Virus record (IMG/VR): IMGVR_UViG_3300012808_000018
Coordinates: 1-41,403 of that record
Strand: one strand, 5' to 3'
Origin: a virus
Taxonomy: Duplodnaviria; Caudoviricetes
Length of the DNA: 41,403 nt
The notes under the pieces are model-generated. The model saw only the letters and a list, made by a program, of their open reading frames with translations, did not search any database and was not told where the DNA came from. Positions 26,529-33,609 of the stretch are shown piece by piece (position 1 is the stretch's first letter; every line of letters begins with the position of its first letter). Position numbers and translations under genes: made by a program.

Positions 26529-27806
26529 TTATACTCCGAAAAAGCCGGCATCAGCTGCCTTGTTGTGCGCTGCTATTTTCTTTTCCTCGCCAGGCGTTTG
26601 GATTTCGGCTGTTTTGTTAGCATCCGGCTTTGTTGCCGTTCCAGTGTCACCTACCGCACGTTTGGCGATCACACCTTCAAGCGTTGTAACCTTACCCTGC
26701 AATGCCGTGATTTCCGTCACCTGCGTTGCGATCGTGCTGTTGGCTGCAGTCAGGGAAACATTTGCAGCCTCAAGTTCTGTGGTTACGCGCGCGGCCTCAT
26801 CGATCACGGACTGTTCTACGATGGTGTGGCTGGTGATACCTGCAGCTGTAAGATCTGCGTTGGCAAGATCAAGCTGTTCCTGCGTTGCCGAACTATTGCC
26901 GGCTAGCGCAGCTACGTTGTCAAATTTTAAATTCATATGGGATTTTGATTTTTTGAAATTGGTTGATTTGAGCTTGGCGATCACCTCGTCCTGTGAGGCA
27001 ATGCCGTCGATAAGGCCGAACTCTATAGCCTTCGGAGCATAGAACACTTTTCCGGAATCCCAGCCTTTTCCCACCAGACGCTCGCCGCGGTTATGCTTTA
27101 CGGCATTTACAATGGATTCACCCATAACGGTGATCTCGTCCTCGAGTTCCTTCAGTGCGGCTTCGTCGCCCTTAGCTGCTTTCTCCAGTAGTACATTCTT
27201 GTCAAACGATGGTCTTGCACGGATAATAAAGCGTTTTATACCGTTCATTTCATCCTGCTTGGAGTAGTCAGCGAAAGACATCTGGGCACCGATGCTGCCA
27301 ACCTGCACAAGATCGCTGGTCGCATAGATCATGTTTGTAGCCGAGGCGATCCACATGCCGCCGGAACATAGCATCCCGCCGTTGACGAGCGTTGCCGTAT
27401 TCTTATTGCTACGGAAGATCTCCTCGGCAAGTTCCTTGGTTCCCTGAACCTGACCGCCTGGCGTATCCGCCAAAAAGAAATGGGCAATAATGTTCTGGTT
27501 GGCTTCTGCCTCCCGGAACGCCTGCAGCATTTCGTGCGATCCATCACCGCAATAGCCATAGTGCATGATCGGCCCTCGCAGGTCATAGAAAGCGATGGAA
27601 CCGGCAGTCGCATTTTTCCATCCATCACGGTAGTGGTAGGTGGTCAACGCAGAATGGAGCGCCATTGTCCGGGACTCTCCATTGTCGAACGATACCTTTT
27701 CCCCGGAGATCATACGCTCGATCATTGGGAGGTGGCGCTCAACCCACGCATTATCCATGAGCCAGTGGCCCCTTAGAATTGCAGATATCAGTTTAAAATC
27801 ACTCAA
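26529..27806 (-). CDS. S49/ClpP-like prohead protease with C-terminal scaffold
   Basis: DTPGG, MLCSGGMWIASA (catalytic Ser), VGSIG, AIEFGLIDGI; coiled-coil tail; TTG start. Confidence 0.88.
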   Translation of the reverse strand: MSDFKLISAILRGHWLMDNAWVERHLPMIERMISGEKVSFDNGESRTMALHSALTTYHYRDGWKNATAGSIAFYDLRGPIMHYGYCGDGSHEMLQAFREAEANQNIIAHFFLADTPGGQVQGTKELAEEIFRSNKNTATLVNGGMLCSGGMWIASATNMIYATSDLVQVGSIGAQMSFADYSKQDEMNGIKRFIIRARPSFDKNVLLEKAAKGDEAALKELEDEITVMGESIVNAVKHNRGERLVGKGWDSGKVFYAPKAIEFGLIDGIASQDEVIAKLKSTNFKKSKSHMNLKFDNVAALAGNSSATQEQLDLANADLTAAGITSHTIVEQSVIDEAARVTTELEAANVSLTAANSTIATQVTEITALQGKVTTLEGVIAKRAVGDTGTATKPDANKTAEIQTPGEEKKIAAHNKAADAGFFGV

Positions 27807-27835
27807 GTCGCTCGATTTAGTTAAACATTAAAGCA

Positions 27836-27870
27836 CAAAGATTCACCGCAAAAAAGGCTGTGAAACGACT
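27836..27870 (-). promoter_or_regulatory. Putative late promoter (AGTCGTTT-N19-AATCTTTG)
   Basis: Variant copy of the repeated motif upstream of the protease-capsid operon. Confidence 0.6.
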
Positions 27871-28345
27871 AGAAAATGACCGGAAAAGGGTATACGGGCG
27901 CTTTTTCGAGCGCGTTGCCCGAGAAAGAAAAACTGTACCGCTTGTTCTCGGAATCGTAATCTGCCGAAAATTCAAGCGCACCGGCGTAGCCTGCAAGGCG
28001 TTTTCGTCCAAGGTGGTCCTCGAAGATCACAAAGAACTGTTTGCCCAGCTGCTCCATGTCAGCGAACAGGTGCTGCGCTTCATCGCTATCTCCGGGGTAA
28101 AACCCTTGTAGATCCTGCGGATAATATGGACCGTTATCGGTCTTGGTGGTCTTTTCGGTGAACTTCAGGCTCTCTTGTGTAGCGTAGCCTTTATGGAAGG
28201 CGAGCTTTGGCTTTAGCTGGAGCGGAGCGACGGTACGTCCCTTGTAGACATCCGGGATGGATGCAACCGAATAATATGGAATGAAATAAAATGCGGACAA
28301 TCCCCCGGGATTGAAAAGCGCACGACTGGGAAACGATGTAATCAT
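27869..28345 (-). CDS. Tail-tube-like paralogue (hypothetical)
   Basis: Shares NPGG..Y[FY], [YA]T.E[ST] and F..[ED]..G....G patterns with 24214-24948; ATG at 28345 lies 3 nt after the promoter motif. Confidence 0.55.
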   Translation of the reverse strand: MITSFPSRALFNPGGLSAFYFIPYYSVASIPDVYKGRTVAPLQLKPKLAFHKGYATQESLKFTEKTTKTDNGPYYPQDLQGFYPGDSDEAQHLFADMEQLGKQFFVIFEDHLGRKRLAGYAGALEFSADYDSENKRYSFSFSGNALEKAPVYPFPVIF

Positions 28346-28348
28346 GCA

Positions 28349-28384
28349 CAATGATCACATCAAAGGCTGCTAAAAAAAACGACA
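28349..28384 (-). promoter_or_regulatory. Putative late promoter (TGTCGTTT-N20-GATCATTG), 3 nt before ATG
   Basis: Copy of the repeated motif; overlaps a terminator hairpin. Confidence 0.65.
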
Positions 28385-28408
28385 TCGACCTGTTGGAAAG
28401 TCGATGTC
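28372..28408 (-). terminator. Intrinsic terminator after the 164-aa gene
   Basis: Minus strand reads gacatcgac-tttccaacag-gtcgatgtc-gtttttttt. Confidence 0.7.
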
Positions 28409-28448
28409 AAATTTTGCGACAAGTCGGGACACGATTTTTTTGATTTTT

Positions 28449-28943
28449 TTATGCAGAAATTGATCTGCACATAGTTAGCGTATTAATTTTTTCCTTTCTT
28501 CTGCGCTCATAGGCCTTTTCGAGCGTTCGCACGCCAAGTGCATCCTCGTGGATTCCGCACTTGGTCTGCCAGTCAACGATGCACTGGCGCAGCTGTACCT
28601 TGTTGAGCAGGAAATGGTAGTCCATGTACTCATAAAAATCCTCCATCATTTCGAACCTCACCATCTGGTTGAAATCGATCTGGTCCTGTACCGAGAGATG
28701 CACGCCATTGCGCAGGTAGATCTTTTCGGAGACAACGAGGTTGATGGTTTCAGTGTACCGCTCATGCTTGGAGGCGGCATCGGTAAATTTAGTTTTGGAA
28801 GAGTCGTATCTCTTCAGTGACATCAGCAGTACGATTCCAAAAATGTTCTTTTTGGTCAACGTAAAATGCGGCATCAGCTTCACCCTTGAAGACAGATATA
28901 ATTTGTTTGGCAGGGTTAATTGGAGTGGTATATAAACATTCAT
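28449..28943 (-). CDS. Hypothetical protein, candidate late transcription activator
   Basis: 164 aa with basic HTH-like C-terminus (GIHEDALGVRTLEKAYERRRK); own canonical -7 box TATTTTTG (28949-28956) and terminator; sits at the head of the late module. Confidence 0.5.
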   Translation of the reverse strand: MNVYIPLQLTLPNKLYLSSRVKLMPHFTLTKKNIFGIVLLMSLKRYDSSKTKFTDAASKHERYTETINLVVSEKIYLRNGVHLSVQDQIDFNQMVRFEMMEDFYEYMDYHFLLNKVQLRQCIVDWQTKCGIHEDALGVRTLEKAYERRRKEKINTLTMCRSISA

Positions 28944-28995
28944 AAATGCAAAAATAATTACGGTTCACTTTCGGTTGAACGGTTTTTTAAAAAAG

Positions 28996-29307
28996 TGATA
29001 CAAACGATACAAACCGTTCCTACTGATACAAAGTGTTCCTAAGGCTTTTTTTGTCAAAATATAGGTTTATATATATTTAAATAAAGATTTGTATCATTTG
29101 TATCATTAGGAACAGTTTTTCATAGTTTTTGAAGTGTCGCAAAATCTTTCGGCTTTTTTTCCTAAAAACTGCCTTCACTGCCTGCAATCGCAGATCGGCA
29201 ATTTTGCCCAGCGAAAAAGGCGCAGTTTTAGGATCGGTCAAAAAGTGATACAAAAAACCGCGTTTTTGACAAAAATCGTTAGGATCATTAGGAACAGGCG
29301 ATCCAAA
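28996..29307. repeat. Iteron array of 13 9-bp repeats (YGWTMCWAA) around an AT-rich core; putative replication origin
   Basis: Forward copies at 28996, 29005, 29015, 29024, 29034; inverted at 29088, 29097, 29106; further copies at 29228, 29246, 29279, 29288, 29299; AT-rich spacer ~29055-29087. Confidence 0.8.
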
Positions 29308-29357
29308 AAAGCACAAAAAGCCGTAAAAGGGTATTGTCGCAGATGGGAAACAGACGT

Positions 29358-29837
29358 TCATCTGGATAGGCTCGATCCGAATTTGCTCCCCTTGATCCTG
29401 CCTTCACGTATCCAGCGGAAATATTTTTCAAGCCGGTCGGTGGTCAGCGCTTCGCACCTGTTATGTTCGTTATAGACCAGATCCATGGTCGATTCAATAA
29501 GTCTTATGTTGCCCTTCCAGCGCCGATTGACGCAGACGGCCCAATGGTCACCACCTTCGGCAAAGCTTACGTCAACAATTTTCCGCTCTCCATCGACGTA
29601 GAACAGATCGGTACACTGCCAGTCAAACCGCAGAATCAATGCGTCGATGCAAGCATCCCGTACATCATCGGACAGCTGGCCATAGACATGGTTCCATGTG
29701 TTTCGTTCATAACGAAAGATGTAAATAGATACACCATTTTTGTCGAAGAGTGTATAGTCTGTACATTGGTGTTTCTTTTCCTCGGTCATCCTGGCAAATA
29801 TGACGCGGTTACGCACGTGTATTTTCAACTGTTCCAT
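29358..29837 (-). CDS. Hypothetical protein
   Basis: 159 aa; upstream TAATTTCG -7-like box. Confidence 0.65.
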   Translation of the reverse strand: MEQLKIHVRNRVIFARMTEEKKHQCTDYTLFDKNGVSIYIFRYERNTWNHVYGQLSDDVRDACIDALILRFDWQCTDLFYVDGERKIVDVSFAEGGDHWAVCVNRRWKGNIRLIESTMDLVYNEHNRCEALTTDRLEKYFRWIREGRIKGSKFGSSLSR

Positions 29838-29902
29838 AAGGCGAAATTACTAAGTATTTTAGTTTTTAAAGTATACGATTTTAAAGTTGGCTATCTAAAA
29901 AT

Positions 29903-29929
29903 AAAAAGCCCCACCTTCCGGTGGAGCTC
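29903..29929 (-). terminator. Intrinsic terminator ending the early operon
   Basis: aaaaagccccacc-ttcc-ggtggagct; T-run on the minus strand. Confidence 0.6.
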
Positions 29930-29933
29930 TTGT

Positions 29934-30689
29934 CTATCGACGATATCGGTTCTTTTGCTTTCGACCTCCTTTTTTGGCAATTGCACCAGGCTTTGGAATC
30001 TTAGGCTTTGACATGGAATTGAAGGCAACTGCCGCATGTTCCATGGATATCCCGAGTTCGTCCATTTCTTCGGCTAAATTACCAAAAGACATACGTATAC
30101 CTATCTCATTGGCAAACGTGGCCAACTCATCATAAAACACAGCATCACAGACACGCCCTCCAGCACGCCTTTTGTCCAATACGGATTGAAGTTGCTCATA
30201 AATTTCATATATCGTCTTCCCTTTAATTCCCATCTTACCCGCAGCGATCAGCGTACGTAGGAAATATTCCATACGAATGTTGCGAGGGATTGTATAACGA
30301 AATGCTTCAGGAAGGTCGACCTGCATTCCAGTTACCTTCCAAACGGATGTAGCATCCTCTATGCACCGAAAACGCAATAGATTAATGACATACAGTTCAA
30401 TAGCTCCATAAAGTTTTTGTAATCCTACTAAAGTAGCTTTAACCCTGTATTGATGGTTTGGTTGTCGAGCCATGCTCTGCAGACGTTCAGCTTCACGCTT
30501 AAACTCTGTGTAGATTTGGTAAGAATCGATCACTTTGTCGTATACAGTGTAAAAGTGTACGCTGTGTACCGGTATTTCGCAAATATAACTGTGCTGCATC
30601 TTTATATTACGATAGAGTTCAAAGAGACAGCTGTCTATCTCCCGACCGATTTTCGCTACTTCGCTTTTAAGTTCTTCGAGGGTATCCAT
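29934..30689 (-). CDS. Hypothetical protein
   Basis: 251 aa ORF in the early operon direction. Confidence 0.7.
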   Translation of the reverse strand: MDTLEELKSEVAKIGREIDSCLFELYRNIKMQHSYICEIPVHSVHFYTVYDKVIDSYQIYTEFKREAERLQSMARQPNHQYRVKATLVGLQKLYGAIELYVINLLRFRCIEDATSVWKVTGMQVDLPEAFRYTIPRNIRMEYFLRTLIAAGKMGIKGKTIYEIYEQLQSVLDKRRAGGRVCDAVFYDELATFANEIGIRMSFGNLAEEMDELGISMEHAAVAFNSMSKPKIPKPGAIAKKGGRKQKNRYRR

Positions 30690-30700
30690 TGCTGTCAGAT

Positions 30701-30910
30701 TTATATTGTTTTATCGTGATGGGCTCTCCTAAGTCCGATATCCTCCGCCGGTATGCCGCTTTTGAAAGTTAATTTCACTTTGGAGAAATGACATTTTAAC
30801 GTTATTGAACGCTTAGTTCTTTTGATAATGGTAGCAGATCTATCCCTGCCCAGTCCGCTGTAGATAACCTCATCGTCCAGCTTAAGATCGTTTTCTAATA
30901 GTGTATCCAT
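30701..30910 (-). CDS. Hypothetical protein
   Basis: 69 aa, tightly packed in the operon. Confidence 0.6.
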   Translation of the reverse strand: MDTLLENDLKLDDEVIYSGLGRDRSATIIKRTKRSITLKCHFSKVKLTFKSGIPAEDIGLRRAHHDKTI

Positions 30911-30935
30911 TGTTTTGATTGAATGATTTTAATTG

Positions 30936-31223
30936 TTATTCCGACTTTTCCAGCTTCCTGCCGCAGAAGCAGCAGTAAACCGGAAAGAGGCTAGTTGTTT
31001 GACGCTTCATTTTACTTTGCTCTCCATTTGTCTTGGTGAAGGTGTAGTCTACTTTAAATTCGTGGTAGATAAATACCTTCCCAAAATTTGTCAGGCCGGA
31101 CGCCTTGTTCTGTATCCCCGTTCCCTCAAAGGCATTAAGCGCATCGTTGTATGACCTTTCCGGATGATTATCTTTCAACTTCTGCAGTATGTTCTTTTCT
31201 ACCTGCTCGATGCACTCACACAT
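30936..31223 (-). CDS. Small Cys-rich (Zn-binding) protein
   Basis: N-terminal MCEC and C-terminal YCCFCG; start chosen at the ATG overlapping the upstream gene. Confidence 0.65.
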   Translation of the reverse strand: MCECIEQVEKNILQKLKDNHPERSYNDALNAFEGTGIQNKASGLTNFGKVFIYHEFKVDYTFTKTNGEQSKMKRQTTSLFPVYCCFCGRKLEKSE

Positions 31224-31614
31224 GTTCACCTCCTTCCTGACATGCCGAACAGAGCGTACGCTCATCGTTTACCCAGTGGCAAGGATCGCCGGTTCTCTCG
31301 ATGCAGTCTCGGCAATCCTTCTCTGTGCATCCGCACTCTGTGCATACTCCGGGCGTCCTGCGCTTACGTCTTTGCGCAAGTAGAAATTTAGCGAGGGACG
31401 ACCTATAAAAATCGTCTAGGTATTCCTTGCGCGCGCTTTCTTCCGCAGGGATGGCCGATGACGGTAACAGTCGAGTATACTTGTGGGTACCGCCATTTGC
31501 CTGAAAAAAAATGGAAAGGTATATATGGCCAGCCGGAGCAATCTGTTTCCCTTTCAGGCGCGTTGTTTTGGTAGTATAAACCGGATCGGTGGTTTTAAAT
31601 TTTCTTCTCATCAT
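31216..31614 (-). CDS. Hypothetical protein with C-terminal Zn finger
   Basis: CTECGCTEKDCRDC...CHW...LCSAC. Confidence 0.65.
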   Translation of the reverse strand: MMRRKFKTTDPVYTTKTTRLKGKQIAPAGHIYLSIFFQANGGTHKYTRLLPSSAIPAEESARKEYLDDFYRSSLAKFLLAQRRKRRTPGVCTECGCTEKDCRDCIERTGDPCHWVNDERTLCSACQEGGEHV

Positions 31615-31623
31615 GTTCTCCGT

Positions 31624-31959
31624 TTAGCTTTTGATGGCTTTTTCTTCGCTCCTGATAGTCGTTTTTAAATTTATCACCTGCGAAAAGCGTTGCTTAAGGT
31701 GTTTTGGCAACTCGTTGACTTTACCCTGCCAAACGAAAACTGCATGAAATTTCTTTTTCTCAGCCAAAGCAACGCGCAAGGCCAAGGCCTCCACGGATGG
31801 TATTTCATCAAATAGGACAGCCCCAGATGGCCATGTTTTTAAATCAGGAGGGGAACAGTGGCCAAGGTTTATCGTAAATGGTACATTCATTCGTTTTAAG
31901 AGCTCTCTTGCTTTAGTGGTTTTACCCGAACCTGCCGGTCCTGTAATTAGTATTTTCAT
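31624..31959 (-). CDS. Small P-loop NTPase
   Basis: Walker A GPAGSGKT, Walker B-like VLFDE; 111 aa. Confidence 0.75.
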   Translation of the reverse strand: MKILITGPAGSGKTTKARELLKRMNVPFTINLGHCSPPDLKTWPSGAVLFDEIPSVEALALRVALAEKKKFHAVFVWQGKVNELPKHLKQRFSQVINLKTTIRSEEKAIKS

Positions 31960-31966
31960 AGTTATC

Positions 31967-32107
31967 TTATTTGTACTTTATTAGTGAATCTTTAATTGGA
32001 ACCCGGCATTTAAAACACCGGAAATTGTAATCGACCTTTTTAGGTTTGATATCTTCCTTCTTGCATGAGCAGATCAGGATCAGGATTAAAATGGTTAATA
32101 GTCTCAT
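31967..32107 (-). CDS. Small lipoprotein (46 aa, not in ORF track)
   Basis: MRLLTILILILICSCKKEDIKPKK...: hydrophobic leader, lipobox Cys, KKED; fills the gap between operon genes. Confidence 0.55.
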   Translation of the reverse strand: MRLLTILILILICSCKKEDIKPKKVDYNFRCFKCRVPIKDSLIKYK

Positions 32108-32139
32108 TCTTTAAATTTTTGAATGCAATTTTCTCTACC

Positions 32140-32466
32140 TTAAATCCAACCAATGATCCACAAGTCACTATTGTCCTTGTATTTCTTAAACATTGAGGTA
32201 TTTCCTTTTATCGAGTTCAGCTCATCGAATTTATGTTTCAGTTCAATCGATGGATCCTCGACGAAGAAGAATAGGTTTTCCCATCCGTCATCGCTTTTCC
32301 TGTCCCAGCCCAGAACCTGCAGCACGGGAGGGTTATCCTTTTTCTCCCATGACCATTGGGACATATCGGCAGGATAGGACCGGATGTCTAGTTCCGGAAC
32401 GACCGTCCGTTGTAATTCGTTAAAAATTGTGTACGCCTCTTGTACTGTTTTAAATGAAAGTGCCAT
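32140..32466 (-). CDS. Hypothetical protein
   Basis: 108 aa ORF in the operon. Confidence 0.65.
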   Translation of the reverse strand: MALSFKTVQEAYTIFNELQRTVVPELDIRSYPADMSQWSWEKKDNPPVLQVLGWDRKSDDGWENLFFFVEDPSIELKHKFDELNSIKGNTSMFKKYKDNSDLWIIGWI

Positions 32467-32494
32467 ATTGATGGTGTTTAAAGTTTTATATGTT

Positions 32495-32779
32495 TTAAAT
32501 TGTTAATCCGTAATTTCTCATTCCGATATCCTCACTCTTGCGCCGGAACGATCTGCCATGCCTACTCTCGCGGTAATGCGTTATAAAGCCGTTCGCATAG
32601 AAAAGCTTCAGGTCCCAAATCGTCAGCGCCTCGCAGTAATCACATTCCTCTTTTAGGGCAGAATGGAAGTACATATCGTAACGCTTGTCTTCGTTTGTCG
32701 GCAGATCCTCCTCTCCACTGATCTTTGTCCACGTCGAGAGATCTACCGGAAATTTTGCCGCTTGCTGTTGACTGCTCAT
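32495..32779 (-). CDS. Hypothetical protein
   Basis: 94 aa ORF in the operon. Confidence 0.6.
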   Translation of the reverse strand: MSSQQQAAKFPVDLSTWTKISGEEDLPTNEDKRYDMYFHSALKEECDYCEALTIWDLKLFYANGFITHYRESRHGRSFRRKSEDIGMRNYGLTI

Positions 32780-32937
32780 TTTCTTTTTTTGTTGTTCAAC
32801 TTCTTTGATATTATGTTGCTGACGGTAGCCTGCGAAACGTTATACCGCTGGCTTAACTGGTAGAGTGTGTAACCTCCGGTCAGCCATTCGCCGTATATCT
32901 TTGCGCGATCGTTATCCGTCAGCTTATTTCCGTTCAT
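32776..32937 (-). CDS. Small HTH DNA-binding protein (53 aa, not in ORF track)
   Basis: MNGNKLTDNDRAKIYGEWLTGGYTLYQLSQRYNVSQATVSNIISKKLNNKKRK; ATGA overlaps with both neighbours. Confidence 0.75.
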   Translation of the reverse strand: MNGNKLTDNDRAKIYGEWLTGGYTLYQLSQRYNVSQATVSNIISKKLNNKKRK

Positions 32938-33140
32938 CGTTCCAGTATTGATCTTTTTATTTCCCTCCGGAACGCGCGGTCAAGATCTTCCGTAGTACCA
33001 CCCTTGGTGGCGATCCGCTTTGGAACCTCTATTTCTTCCGGGCCATAATACTGGATTTCGGTTTTGACCGAGATCTCATATCCGCGCCTGGATAGGTAGG
33101 CTATCTGTTCCTGTTCTGTAAACTCCAGTATCATGATCAT
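32934..33140 (-). CDS. Hypothetical protein
   Basis: 68 aa, overlapping starts and stops with neighbours. Confidence 0.65.
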   Translation of the reverse strand: MIMILEFTEQEQIAYLSRRGYEISVKTEIQYYGPEEIEVPKRIATKGGTTEDLDRAFRREIKRSILER

Positions 33141-33412
33141 TATTCAAATTTTAGGTAGCGCTGGGCAACGTAGTGCCGAGCCTGTTCTATTGTAAGTACC
33201 GTTAGATTGCCGTCCTCTCCGACAAATCCGATCTTGGAGAGCCGACAGTCTTCAAAATTTCCCTGTATATGCGACAAGCATCCGTTGTTGAACTCGATCG
33301 TATGGTATGGTGACCTATCGTCAAACTTTCCAACCGACCAGTATAGCTCGGTGAGCTTGAACTTGCGCGACCTGTGGTCGATGATATGCTGTCCGTAAAA
33401 GAAATTTTCCAT
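33140..33412 (-). CDS. Hypothetical protein
   Basis: 90 aa, tightly packed. Confidence 0.65.
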   Translation of the reverse strand: MENFFYGQHIIDHRSRKFKLTELYWSVGKFDDRSPYHTIEFNNGCLSHIQGNFEDCRLSKIGFVGEDGNLTVLTIEQARHYVAQRYLKFE

Positions 33413-33414
33413 AT

Positions 33415-33609
33415 CTAGAACATTTTGATCTGTACGTTATATCCCATTTTGATCAGCTGATTGACATAGTACCGAGGTCCCACCGGTATTTCCTCTAGAC
33501 AGGAATAGGGGAATACATCCACCTCGTGTCTGGTGATATCCAACGTGAACCCGAATTCTTTCATCTTGGCGTGCAGGTAGTAGCGCTTGCGGTCCTTGTA
33601 TGCTATCAT
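33415..33609 (-). CDS. Hypothetical protein
   Basis: 64 aa, ATGA overlap with the helicase stop. Confidence 0.65.
   Translation of the reverse strand: MIAYKDRKRYYLHAKMKEFGFTLDITRHEVDVFPYSCLEEIPVGPRYYVNQLIKMGYNVQIKMF

Noticed and set aside
28996-29307. Possible CRISPR or mini-array
   Set aside because: Repeats are 9 bp, abutting and in both orientations, with no unique 25-40 bp spacers and no cas genes
29077-29475. ORFs 29077-29361 (-) and 29134-29475 (+)
   Set aside because: They translate the iteron and hairpin region with biased composition; more plausibly non-coding
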